Source: an uncultured Verrucomicrobiota bacterium (lineage in GTDB: Bacteria > Verrucomicrobiota > Kiritimatiellia > CAIKKV01). Taken from it: a stretch of DNA of 64,000 nucleotides. The notes under the pieces were generated by a model. The model made no database searches, was not told where the DNA came from, and was given only the letters and a program-made list of their open reading frames with translations. The stretch is taken from NCBI GenBank assembly GCA_964481675.1, contig CAYZVY010000001.1, positions 14,006-78,005 on the forward strand, read 5' to 3'. Position 1 is the stretch's first letter; the number at the start of each line of letters is the position of its first letter. This document shows positions 9,259-18,322 of the stretch, piece after piece. The position numbers and the translations under genes are program-made.

Positions 9259-10146
9259 ATGGCGCGCTTTAAACGGGTGGCGGTTTTGATGGGAGGGCCT
9301 TCCACGGAGTGGGAGGTTTCCGTCCGTTCGGGCACGGCGGTTGCCGAGGGGCTTCGGCAGGCCGGATACCAGGTGGAAACGGTGCTGTTCCGCGACCGGA
9401 CGGTCACGCTTCCCCCCGGCATCGAGGGGGTGTTCATTGCCCTGCACGGGGAGTTCGGGGAGGACGGCCAGGTCCAGGCGCTGCTGGGCGGCCGCGGGAT
9501 TCCCTACACCGGCTCCGGCCCCGAGTCGAGCGCGGTCTCCTTCGACAAGCTCCGCTGCAAGGCGGTGCTGGAGCGGGCGGGCATCCCGACGCCGGCGTGG
9601 GAGGTGCTGCGCGCGGGGCAGGCGCGGACGCTGCCGCTGCCGGTGGTGACCAAGCCGCCGCGGCAGGGCTCCTCGATCGGCATCGGCCAGGCGCACGTCG
9701 AGGCGGACTTCCCCGAGGCGATGGCGGAGTCGCTGACCTACGACGCCGAGGTGCTGGTGGAGGCGTTCGTGCCGGGGCGCGAGCTGACCGTGGGGCTGGT
9801 GGACGGCGAGGCGTTGCCGGTCATCGAAATCGTGCCCAACGGCGGCTTCTACGGCTTCAAGCAGAAATACGTCAAGGGCGAAACCCGGTATGACGTGCCG
9901 GCGGCGATCAGCGCCGCCGCCACGGTCCGGTGCCGCGAGCTGGCGCAGGCCACCTACACGGCCCTGGGCTGCCGCGGGCTGGGGCGGGTTGATTTTCGCA
10001 TGACCCCCGGGGGCGCGCTGTTCGTGCTGGAGATGAACACGATCCCGGGGTTCACGGAGACGAGCCTGTTGCCGAAGGCGGCGGCCGCGGCGGGCATCGG
10101 CTTCAGCGCGCTGTGCGCGCGCATCATGGAGACGGCGGCGGTATAA
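9259..10146 (+). CDS. ddl: D-alanine--D-alanine ligase
   Basis: RVAVLMGGPSTEWEVSVRSG N-terminal domain, ATP-grasp core, C-terminal MNTIPGFTETSLLPKAAAAAGI. ATG at 9259 preceded by GGTGAGG (track start GTG 9247). Confidence 0.85.
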   Translation: MARFKRVAVLMGGPSTEWEVSVRSGTAVAEGLRQAGYQVETVLFRDRTVTLPPGIEGVFIALHGEFGEDGQVQALLGGRGIPYTGSGPESSAVSFDKLRCKAVLERAGIPTPAWEVLRAGQARTLPLPVVTKPPRQGSSIGIGQAHVEADFPEAMAESLTYDAEVLVEAFVPGRELTVGLVDGEALPVIEIVPNGGFYGFKQKYVKGETRYDVPAAISAAATVRCRELAQATYTALGCRGLGRVDFRMTPGGALFVLEMNTIPGFTETSLLPKAAAAAGIGFSALCARIMETAAV

Positions 10147-10167
10147 CGGTAACGGACGGAACAGGTT

Positions 10168-11061
10168 ATGGGCTGGAAATCATTTTTCAAGCGCTTCCAG
10201 GATCAGGGCGCGAAGAAGCTGCTGAACCGGAAAAAGAACACGCTCACCAGCGTGGGCGGCCGGGCGGCCGAGGTGGAGGGGCGGCGCAAGAACCGGACGG
10301 TTCTGGCCATCCTGCTGCTGATTTTCGGGGTTCTCACCGCCACGGTGCTGTGGCTGGCGGTCCAGAAGGCGGCCGATGTGCTGCTGTTCTCCAATCCGGA
10401 ATACCGGATCGGCGCCATCGACATCATCTCCGACGGCCAGCGCGTCTCGCGCGACAAGGTCAAGCTGTGGGCCGAGATCGAGACCGGCATGAACATCCAC
10501 GACATCAACATCGGCCGGATGCAGGCGAAGCTGATGGGGGTGCCCGTCATCAAGTCCGTCGAGATTGCCCGGGTCATGCCGGACCGCGTCGTGATCCGGC
10601 TGTCCGAGCGGATGCCGATCGCCAGCGTGGGGCTGATGGGGCTCAAGGGCGTCGACCAGACCGGGTTCGTGTTCGCCATCTCCCCGTCCCGCAGCGCGAT
10701 GCCGGTGATCACGGGCTTCATGGAGGATCCCCGGCCGGGCACCCAGCTCCAGGGGCGGATGCTCAACGCCGTGGAGGTGGTGGACCTGCTCAACCGCACC
10801 ACGCTGGGCGGCCTGATCCACGTGAACGTGCTGGACGTGCGGGACCCCGACTGCCTGCTGCTGCGGCTGGCCGAGGTCCAGGTGGTGCCCCTGAAGTGGG
10901 CCGACATGGCCATGTCGACCCCCGAGAGCCGGCTGGCGCTCGACAGCAAGCTGAAGAGCCTCGCGCGGGTGATCGAGGACGCCCGCATGAAGAACCAGCG
11001 GCTGGCCAAAGTCGATATGACCTTCAACGACGACTACATTCCCGTGGAGTACGCCCGATGA
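10168..11061 (+). CDS. ftsQ: Cell division protein FtsQ (POTRA domain)
   Basis: Short cytoplasmic N-terminus, single TM helix (VLAILLLIFGVLTATVLWLAV), periplasmic POTRA-like domain. Located between ddl and ftsA. Confidence 0.75.
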   Translation: MGWKSFFKRFQDQGAKKLLNRKKNTLTSVGGRAAEVEGRRKNRTVLAILLLIFGVLTATVLWLAVQKAADVLLFSNPEYRIGAIDIISDGQRVSRDKVKLWAEIETGMNIHDINIGRMQAKLMGVPVIKSVEIARVMPDRVVIRLSERMPIASVGLMGLKGVDQTGFVFAISPSRSAMPVITGFMEDPRPGTQLQGRMLNAVEVVDLLNRTTLGGLIHVNVLDVRDPDCLLLRLAEVQVVPLKWADMAMSTPESRLALDSKLKSLARVIEDARMKNQRLAKVDMTFNDDYIPVEYAR

Positions 11062-12293
11062 CAATCCCACCGCTGGTGGCGCTTGAAATAGGAACAACCA
11101 AGGTGTCGGCCGTGGTCGGCGAGGTGAAGCCGGACGGCAGCCTGCTGATCACCGGCGTGGGCCGGGAGGACTCCAAGGGGGTCCGCAAGGGCGAGATCGT
11201 GGACTTCGACACGGCCCTGGCCTGCGTGAAGAGCGTGCTGTTCCGCGCCGAGGAGAGCGCGCAGGTCGAGATCGGCAGCGTGCTGCTGGCGGTTTCCGGC
11301 GGCCACCTGCAGAGCCTGGTGAACCAGGGGTCCAAGACCATCACGGGCAAGAACACCGAGATTACCGATGCGGACGAGGCCGAGGTGATGGACCTGGCGC
11401 GCTCGTTCAACCTCCCCCCCGACCGCGAAATGATCCACTCCATCGGCCAGCATTTCATCATCGACGACGAGCGCATCGTGCACCGGGCGGCCGGCCTGGA
11501 GGGCGCGAAGCTGGCGCTGGACATGCTGATCGTGCACGGCGCGCGCAGCCGGCTGCACACCCCCGTGCGGCTGGTGCGGACGATCCCGCTGGAGCTGGAG
11601 GACCTGGTGTTCAGCGGGCTGTGCTCGGCCCTGGCCGTGCTGTCGCCCGAGCAGAAGGAGAGCGGCGCGCTGGTGGTGGACCTGGGCGGCGGCACGACCG
11701 ACTACGTGCTCTACGCCTCCTCGAAGATCGCGGCGATGGGCTCGCTCGCCATCGGCGGGGACCATGTGACGAACGACATCGCCACGGCGTTCGCGATCCA
11801 GACGCGGCAGGCCGAGCGCGTGAAGCGGGACTACGGGGCCTCCGTGGTGGACCTGGCCGGCAAGATGAAGACCGTGTCGGTGGCGGCGGACATGAGTTTC
11901 GAGGCGCGCCAGTTCACCCAGGGCGCCCTGCACACGGTGATCAACGCCCGCATGGACGAGCTGTTCCAGTTCATCCTCAAGCGGCTGCACGGCGAAAACC
12001 TGCACCAGCTCAAGTCGGGCGTGATCCTGACCGGCGGCGGCGCCAAGCTGAAGGGGGTCCGGGAGCTGGCCGAGAAGGTGTTCCGGCTGCCCTGCTCGAT
12101 CGGGCGGATCCAGGGCATCAGCGGCGCGGTGACGCAGGTTTCCGATCCCGAGTTCGCCGCCGTCGTGGGATTGATCAAATTCGGGCACAAGACGGCCCGG
12201 CAGGTGAAGCCGGACGCCCTGACGCAGTGGTGGGAGCGGGCCGTGCGGTGGGTCAAGGCCACGCGCGCGGTGGAGGGACACGGGAATGAATGA
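11058..12293 (+). CDS. ftsA: Cell division protein FtsA
   Basis: Actin-fold N-terminus MTIPPLVALEIGTTKVSAVVGEV, phosphate-2 motif VVDLGGGTTDYVLY. ATGA overlap with the ftsQ stop. Confidence 0.85.
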   Translation: MTIPPLVALEIGTTKVSAVVGEVKPDGSLLITGVGREDSKGVRKGEIVDFDTALACVKSVLFRAEESAQVEIGSVLLAVSGGHLQSLVNQGSKTITGKNTEITDADEAEVMDLARSFNLPPDREMIHSIGQHFIIDDERIVHRAAGLEGAKLALDMLIVHGARSRLHTPVRLVRTIPLELEDLVFSGLCSALAVLSPEQKESGALVVDLGGGTTDYVLYASSKIAAMGSLAIGGDHVTNDIATAFAIQTRQAERVKRDYGASVVDLAGKMKTVSVAADMSFEARQFTQGALHTVINARMDELFQFILKRLHGENLHQLKSGVILTGGGAKLKGVRELAEKVFRLPCSIGRIQGISGAVTQVSDPEFAAVVGLIKFGHKTARQVKPDALTQWWERAVRWVKATRAVEGHGNE

Positions 12294-13506
12294 GAAAACG
12301 GCAAAAGCCGGCCCGCAGGTGGCCGTGGTGGGCGTGGGACACGGCGGCACGGCGGCCGTCATGCGGCTGATTTCCGACTGGCCGGATGCCCCGAACGTGT
12401 TCGCGGTCGGCACGGACCGCGAGATGCTGGAGCGGAGCCTGGTGCCGACCGGGAACCGGGTGCTGATCGGCGAGGAGAAGGTCCGCGGGCTCAGCACGGG
12501 CGGCAACGTGGAGCTCGGCCGCGAGGCGGCGGAGGCGGACCGTGACCGGCTCCAGGGCCTGTTTGCGGGCGTTCAGATGGCGTTTCTCGTGGGCGGGCTG
12601 GGCGGCGGCCTGGCCACGGGCGCGCTGCCCGTCCTGGCGCGGATGGCCCGGGCCTTCGGCGTGATGACCGTCTGCGTGGTGACCCTGCCGTTCGAGTTCG
12701 AGGGCGAAAACCGGCGCAGCCGGGCTGAAGAGGGGCTGACCGAGCTGCAGGAGGCGGCGGATGTCGTGATCGCCGTCCCCAACCAGAAGCTGTTTGCCAT
12801 GATCGGCGCCGGGATGCGGATCGCCGAGGCCTTTTCCAGGGCCGATGCCGTTCTGTCCCGGGCCTTGTACAGCATCTGGCGCATGATCAGCCGCCCCGGC
12901 CTCATCAGTCTGGACTATGCCGACCTGCACGCCCTGCTGGCGGGCAGCAGCGGGCTGGGCGCGTTCGGGTATGGCGACGGCTCGGGGCCCGACAAGGCCC
13001 GCGAAGCCGTCCAGGCCCTGATGACGAATCCGCTTCTCGACAACGGGCGCCTGCTGCACGAGTGCCAGTCGGTGCTGGTCAATATCGCCGGTGGGCCCGA
13101 CCTGACCCTCCTGGAGATCGAGGCGGTCATGGGCCCCATCCGCGAGGCGCTGCGCCCCGATGCGCACCTGGCCATGGGCGCCATTGTGGACGAGGCGTGG
13201 CGCGACCGGCTGACGGTGACGGTGCTGGCCGCGGAAACCTGGCGGAAGGATGCCTCCGGCCAGATGCAGCTGCTGCTGGACGAGCAGCGCCGGACCAGCG
13301 CCAAGGGCAAGCCGGAGCCGGAACCGGAAGAGGATGTGGCGCCTCCCCGGAAAGCCGCACCCGCCTCCGAGCCCCTGGGGCAGGGGGATCTGTCCCTGGA
13401 CAACGGCGGGCGGCCGCGGGGGCGGTTCAAGGATGTGGAGCCGACCATCCTGGACGGCCAGAATGTGGACATCCCGACCTTTATCCGCCGGAATATGGCG
13501 ATTTGA
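12286..13506 (+). CDS. ftsZ: Cell division GTPase FtsZ (divergent tubulin signature)
   Basis: VAVVGVGHGGTAAV N-terminal nucleotide-binding strand. Signature loop reads GGLGGGLATGALPV instead of canonical GGGTGTGAAPV. C-terminal conserved peptide DIPTFIRR (canonical DIPAFLRK). Overlaps the ftsA stop. Confidence 0.8.
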   Translation: MNEKTAKAGPQVAVVGVGHGGTAAVMRLISDWPDAPNVFAVGTDREMLERSLVPTGNRVLIGEEKVRGLSTGGNVELGREAAEADRDRLQGLFAGVQMAFLVGGLGGGLATGALPVLARMARAFGVMTVCVVTLPFEFEGENRRSRAEEGLTELQEAADVVIAVPNQKLFAMIGAGMRIAEAFSRADAVLSRALYSIWRMISRPGLISLDYADLHALLAGSSGLGAFGYGDGSGPDKAREAVQALMTNPLLDNGRLLHECQSVLVNIAGGPDLTLLEIEAVMGPIREALRPDAHLAMGAIVDEAWRDRLTVTVLAAETWRKDASGQMQLLLDEQRRTSAKGKPEPEPEEDVAPPRKAAPASEPLGQGDLSLDNGGRPRGRFKDVEPTILDGQNVDIPTFIRRNMAI

Positions 13507-13520
13507 AAACAGGACAAGCG

Positions 13521-14003
13521 ATGCAGCAGGAAGATCTCAAGTCCCGGGGCGTTCAGTTCGTCAAGTACGGGCTGGCGGGCGGGATAGCCACGGCCGTTTA
13601 TCAGGGGCTGTTTTACCTGATGGGCATTTTCGTCCTGCCCGCCCTGCTGGCGGATGACCCGATCGTCAAGTGGTTCGGCCTCTCGGGCTTTCCCGCCACC
13701 ATGGAGCCCGTCGTCCGCGCCCAGCGCGTTCTCGTGAACGGGATCGTGGGCTTTTTAATATCCAATATGGTGGCTTACCTGATCAACATCTGGTGGGTGT
13801 TTCGGGCGGGAAGGCACCATTGGCTGGTGGAGATTGGCCTGTTTTACCTGGTCTCCGGGATCAGCTTCGGAGCCGGCCTGGGAATCATGATCTGGCAGAT
13901 CTTCCATTACGAAATCAGCACTTCGCTGGCGAATGTGTCCCTCGTGATCACATCCCTGATGCTCAACTACGCCATGCGGAAGTTCGTGATCTTCAAGGGC
14001 TGA
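13521..14003 (+). CDS. GtrA-family small polytopic membrane protein
   Basis: 160 aa, four hydrophobic segments, N-terminus VQFVKYGLAGGIATAVYQGLFYLM typical of the GtrA family. Confidence 0.55.
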   Translation: MQQEDLKSRGVQFVKYGLAGGIATAVYQGLFYLMGIFVLPALLADDPIVKWFGLSGFPATMEPVVRAQRVLVNGIVGFLISNMVAYLINIWWVFRAGRHHWLVEIGLFYLVSGISFGAGLGIMIWQIFHYEISTSLANVSLVITSLMLNYAMRKFVIFKG

Positions 14004-14005
14004 GG

Positions 14006-14296
14006 CTACTTCTTCCGCTTGCGGGCGGCGCTTTTCCCGGCCGCGGCTTTGCGGGGAGCCTTCATCTGGCTTTCCATGAGGGACAGGCCCTTGTGCGGAT
14101 CCACGTCCAGCACGCGGCAGAAGGTGACGTATTCCGCGATATCCAGGCGCCGTTCCCCGATTTCGACTTTCCCGATCCAGGAATGCGGAAGCTTCATGAT
14201 CTGGGCCGCGGCGCGCATGGTCAGCCCTTTTGCTTTCCTGCCCTCGCGCAGCCATGCCAGTAGTTTTTTATATTCAGCCGAGTGAATCGTCTTCAT
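14006..14296 (-). CDS. XRE-family helix-turn-helix transcriptional regulator with basic C-terminal tail
   Basis: Cro/C1-type HTH LTMRAAAQIMKLPHSWIGKVEIGERRLDIAEYVTFCRVL. C-terminus KAPRKAAAGKSAARKRKK. Confidence 0.7.
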   Translation of the reverse strand: MKTIHSAEYKKLLAWLREGRKAKGLTMRAAAQIMKLPHSWIGKVEIGERRLDIAEYVTFCRVLDVDPHKGLSLMESQMKAPRKAAAGKSAARKRKK

Positions 14297-14479
14297 GCGT
14301 CCTCCCGCGCCAAAGGTTTGACATTCAGCTTAAAAGAATAGCGCATTCTTGAGGGGTACCCAAATCGGGTACCTTTTTAGAATAATATTATAACAGGATA
14401 AAAGGAGTGATGCGACTTATTTAATTGTACCCAAAACAAATACAAGATACGATCGTGCCCAATCGAACGGGTGGGGGGA
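14297..14479. promoter_or_regulatory. AT-rich regulatory region with clustered palindromes upstream of the XRE regulator
   Basis: TTGACA at 14318. Perfect palindrome AAGAATagcgcATTCTT (14333-14350). Two GGGTACC palindromes separated by 7 nt (14353-14372) and a third GTACCCAAAA copy at 14428. Confidence 0.35.
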
Positions 14480-14563
14480 ATGGTGGAAACGGGGTTGTGT
14501 TATCTGATTGTCGGCAGCGCGGTTCTGCTTTTTGTGGCTCTCTGGCTGCGGCGGATCTGAGCG

Positions 14564-15664
14564 TCACCGCAGGCGGGCGGGATAGGCCTTGACCCAGTCG
14601 CACACCGACCGGATGGTGGCCGGCGCGCACAGCGGGGGCATGACGCCGGCGGAGGTAATGACCAGCCCGCGGTGATGGGGCAGCGCGGCCAGGGACTGCT
14701 CCAGGTCCCGGACGATCGCGTCCGCCGGCTGCGTCCAGATCATGGCATGGGTGCCGCCGACCAGGCAGACGTCGGGGCAGGCGCTCCGGCCGTCCCGCAG
14801 CGTCGTGTTGCCCAGCGTGGGGGCGGTGAAGGCCTCGAACGCATGAGCCCCCACGCCCGCCAGGTCGGGAAGCACCGCCTTCAGGTGGCCGCACATGTGG
14901 AGGATCAGGATTTTACCCGCGCCGCGCACCCGGTCCGCCACCTCTTTCATGACCGGCCGGGCGTATCGCCGGAACTGCTCCGGCGAGTGCAGCGTGGTGG
15001 AGGTGTTCTCAATCATATAGAAGGCATCCGCCGGACTGTTTTCCAGCGCCAGCTCCGCCTTGCGCAGCAACCCCCGCCGCATCACCTCGAAGAGCGACTC
15101 CACCTCGTCCGGATAGTCGGACAGAAGGAAGTGCGCGCCTTCCACCCCCGCCAGCCACTCGATCCAGACCATCAGCGGCGTGGTGCCGATCGTGCTGACG
15201 GCGAGGGCCGAGGCGCCGATGTCCGCCGCCTGCTGCCGGGATTTTTCGAGCTGGACCGTGTCCAGCTCAAAGGCGGCGTCTTCCATGATCCGGGTCATGA
15301 GCCGGATATCCTCCCGCGTCCGCACGGGAAATTGGACCGGATGCCACGCCTGGGAAGCCGCGTCGAAATGCTGGATCATCTCCATCCGGCCTTCCGGGCA
15401 GGCGTAGACCGTGCGGCTGGTGTCGCCCGTCCGCTCCGCGACGACCGACGTCCGCGTGCGCACCTCCTTGATGCAGCTCGCAAGGCCCGTGTGCGGGTCG
15501 CTGCCGATCCAGGCCTGCAGCTGGGGCAGCGTCATGGCGGAAAAGGGCGCCTCCTGCGCCGGCGGGTATGAGCCGCTCAGCTTGGGCCAGAACGGGAGGC
15601 GGTCGACCGGCTGCAGGCGGAGGGCGGCCAGCCACCGCTCCTTGGGGCTCATGGTCTCTTTCAT
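14564..15664 (-). CDS. Uroporphyrinogen-decarboxylase (URO-D/MtaA-like) family protein
   Basis: 366 aa TIM-barrel-like protein with URO-D family hallmarks (N-terminal DRLPFWP, C-terminal MCGH...VLPDL block). Confidence 0.6.
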   Translation of the reverse strand: MKETMSPKERWLAALRLQPVDRLPFWPKLSGSYPPAQEAPFSAMTLPQLQAWIGSDPHTGLASCIKEVRTRTSVVAERTGDTSRTVYACPEGRMEMIQHFDAASQAWHPVQFPVRTREDIRLMTRIMEDAAFELDTVQLEKSRQQAADIGASALAVSTIGTTPLMVWIEWLAGVEGAHFLLSDYPDEVESLFEVMRRGLLRKAELALENSPADAFYMIENTSTTLHSPEQFRRYARPVMKEVADRVRGAGKILILHMCGHLKAVLPDLAGVGAHAFEAFTAPTLGNTTLRDGRSACPDVCLVGGTHAMIWTQPADAIVRDLEQSLAALPHHRGLVITSAGVMPPLCAPATIRSVCDWVKAYPARLR

Positions 15665-16146
15665 ATCCGGATCGTAGGCCAGCCCGCCGCTTTCATCAAT
15701 TCCTTTTCATGGATCACTTGCATTGTGCGCGGAGCGGGTAGGGCGACGCGCTTGCCAAGGCGAAGCGCTTCGCGAAGACTGGTCCCCGCGGAGCCGCATG
15801 CGAATGGCCCGGCGGCGGCTCAGCCGGAGGCTTCGCCTATGAGGGACTCTTGTCAACCACGATGAGCTTTGCCGCGGAACTCCTTCGCTGAAGCCTTCTA
15901 AAAGAATGAACCGGCGTTGTCTCACGAAACCCTTATTAGGAGGCCGCCCAACCTTCTATCCGTTTCAGGCCCGTCGTCCTCGCAGCAAGATTCTGCATGC
16001 GATAGACTCAGAAAGCCGAAATGCCCAGGAAAACAATCTGCCAAATCGGTGTGTTTAACACCAAGGGCGAACCCGTTTCCCTGAACATTCTTCTCAATCA
16101 CTTCACGGCTTCTTTCTTAGACTGCAGTTAAAACGTTGTTAAGCCT

Positions 16147-16452
16147 TCAGGATGGCTCCCTCGGGCATGACATCCTGCTCGATGTATTTCCATGCACTTC
16201 GATGCTAGCCGGGTCCATGATATCGCACTCGAATTTATGCTTCTGCAGCATCCGGGCGATCCAGAATACATCGCGGCCGACCTCATAGCAGAAGATGACT
16301 GGCACTTCTGAGGGCAGATGCAGCTTGATCTTGGCCGCCGAGACTTCGCGCAGAAGAAGGGCCTCATCCCGCGCCTTCATGGAGCGCTCCCGCGTCGTGC
16401 TCCCGTCACCACATGCCAGCTTCCAAATCTTGTTGCTCAACTCCATCGCCAC
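16147..16452 (-). pseudogene. IS110-family transposase N-terminal (DEDD) fragment, decayed
   Basis: EVPVIFCYEVGRDVFWIARMLQKHKFECDIMDPASIEV resembles the conserved vvmEatG..w..L...G..v.vvnP block of IS110/IS116/IS902 transposases. Only about 100 aa remain. The surrounding 15700-16560 has disrupted frames and lower GC. Confidence 0.4.
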
Positions 16453-16566
16453 GAATAGACTCTATACCTGTTGGGACATGATCCAGCCTCCTCGTGTTTT
16501 TTGTCAAACTACTATAGCGGCTGATTATGTCCCTTCATAGTATCTACCGGCGTCGCGAATGATCTT

Positions 16567-18216
16567 GTGCAGCATGAGGCGCTTCGAGGGGTCTGCATGA
16601 CGTTTTCAAAAAGCGATTTTTCGGCCTTTGTCTTCCTCCCCGGACTCTTGCTCCTGGCCGGCATGGCCGGTCTCTACTGGGGCCTGCCGTACGCCATGCT
16701 GGATGGAGACGGCGCCATTTTCGGCGTGATGGGGAATGATCTGCTGGACCGGCACGTCTGGCCGACCCTGGTCTACGGGCAGAACTATCTGATCTCCCCG
16801 ACGCCCTATGTCTATGCCCTCGGCCGCACGCTGATGCCGTTCCTGTCCCCCGCGTTCACCCTGGCACTGGCGGGGTCGCTTTTTTCCCTGGGCGGGATGG
16901 GTCTGATCCTCGCGGCGCTGTGCCGGACGCAGCGGCGGTTTGGCGCGGATCTCTTCTGGCCCGCCCTGACGGCGGCGCTTCTGGCGGCCGGCAACGTGGT
17001 TTTTATCGTCGATCATGCCCGGAATTCGGGCATTGAACTGTCTCTGTTCATCATCGGGCTCCTGCTGTGGGCCGGCAGCCGGCTGGAGGGGCGGCCGCAT
17101 CCCGCCGGGTGGCTCCTGCTGGGCGCCGCAGCGGGGTTCGCCCTGATTTCACGGCTCCAGATGATCTTCTACGCCCTTCCGCTCGCCGGGCTTCTGCTGG
17201 TGCGGGCGTACCGGGAGAAGGGATTCAAGTCGGCGGCCGCGGCCGCGGGATGGGTGGCGGCCGGTGCCCTGATCGGGTATGCCCCCATGCTGGCGCACCG
17301 GCTCTGGCGGGCCGGCGACTGGCCGTTTGCCTTCGAGCTGCCGCTGACGATCGGCACGGGGGAGCAGATCGCGCGGGGGTGGAAGGTGACCCTGGAGGCC
17401 ATCCTGCCCTCGATTTACGGCGTCAGGCCCGAGATGGCCTGGAAGCCGTTACGGTATGCGGTCTGGCTGGTGGCCGTGCTGCCGGCCTACGGGTGGACGC
17501 TCTGGAAGAAGCCGGGAAGGACGTCGCGGCTGGACCATTCGCTGGTGATCGGCTCGCTGATCATCCTGGCGGCGCTGGTCCTGGTGCCGTCGCTGTCGCG
17601 CGACGGGGAGCAGCGCCGGTATGCCATGACCGTGTTCGTGGCGGGGATCTGGCTGTGCGCCCGCTTCTGGCCGGCGCCGGGCTGGCGGAGCTTCGCGGCG
17701 GCCGGCCTGGGCCTGGCCCTTTTCCTGGCGGCGCTTCCCCGCTGGGAGGCGCGGCTGGAGCGGTCCCTCGAGGCGGACCGGCGGCTGCGGGAGACGCGGG
17801 AGCGGCTTGTTCCTGAATTAGAGTCACAGCGGGCGGCCATCCTGGCGAACTACTGGGAAGCGTCGCTGCTGCAGTTTCTCTCGGACGGCCGGCTGAAGGC
17901 GGAGTCGTTCCCCTGGGGCGCGGTGCGGACGTATGGCTGGCTCTCCAAAGGAGAGCTGGAGCAGAAAACGTTTTGGCTGGCCGTGCAGGGGCGGGAGCGG
18001 GAGCTGGCGGCTCGTCTTCAGGCCGAGCTGCCGGACGATCCGGCGGGCCGCTGGACGGGGGTTCCCGTGACGAACCGGCTCCAGGGAAAGACCGTTGAGT
18101 TGTGGCAGGTGCGGGACGCTACGCTGGGCTGGAAGCTGATGGAGCGGCATCATCCGCTCTATTTCCGGACGCCGTATCCGCCGGGGGCGGCTGCATTACG
18201 GCTTTCGGCAGAATGA
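16567..18216 (+). CDS. GT-C-fold membrane glycosyltransferase-like protein (ArnT/PMT-like)
   Basis: About 12 predicted TM helices. First extracytoplasmic loop LYWGLPYAMLDGDGAIFGVMGNDLLDRHVWPTLVYGQNY resembles the GT39/GT83 loop-1 acidic motif. Large C-terminal soluble domain. Start may be the M at 16597. Confidence 0.45.
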   Translation: MQHEALRGVCMTFSKSDFSAFVFLPGLLLLAGMAGLYWGLPYAMLDGDGAIFGVMGNDLLDRHVWPTLVYGQNYLISPTPYVYALGRTLMPFLSPAFTLALAGSLFSLGGMGLILAALCRTQRRFGADLFWPALTAALLAAGNVVFIVDHARNSGIELSLFIIGLLLWAGSRLEGRPHPAGWLLLGAAAGFALISRLQMIFYALPLAGLLLVRAYREKGFKSAAAAAGWVAAGALIGYAPMLAHRLWRAGDWPFAFELPLTIGTGEQIARGWKVTLEAILPSIYGVRPEMAWKPLRYAVWLVAVLPAYGWTLWKKPGRTSRLDHSLVIGSLIILAALVLVPSLSRDGEQRRYAMTVFVAGIWLCARFWPAPGWRSFAAAGLGLALFLAALPRWEARLERSLEADRRLRETRERLVPELESQRAAILANYWEASLLQFLSDGRLKAESFPWGAVRTYGWLSKGELEQKTFWLAVQGRERELAARLQAELPDDPAGRWTGVPVTNRLQGKTVELWQVRDATLGWKLMERHHPLYFRTPYPPGAAALRLSAE

Positions 18217-18322
18217 TAAAAGGCGGTGGGAGCGCCACACCGTTGGCGCGAGACGTGCAAGGTTGGCGCCTGATCGCGCGGGCGGTGCCGCGCTCCCACA
18301 TCACATCCTGCGTGGACGACCT

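Noticed and set aside
10113-12293. 726-aa ORF spanning ddl end through ftsA
   Set aside because: The N-terminal 315 codons are an Arg/Gly/Pro-rich out-of-frame overlap of ddl and ftsQ, typical of high-GC open frames. The true ftsA begins at ATG 11058 (MTIPPLVALEIGTT) with ATGA coupling to ftsQ.
14480-14560. 26-codon hydrophobic ORF
   Set aside because: Too short and with a poor spacer to its G-rich RBS to call as a gene. Mentioned in the islet finding only.
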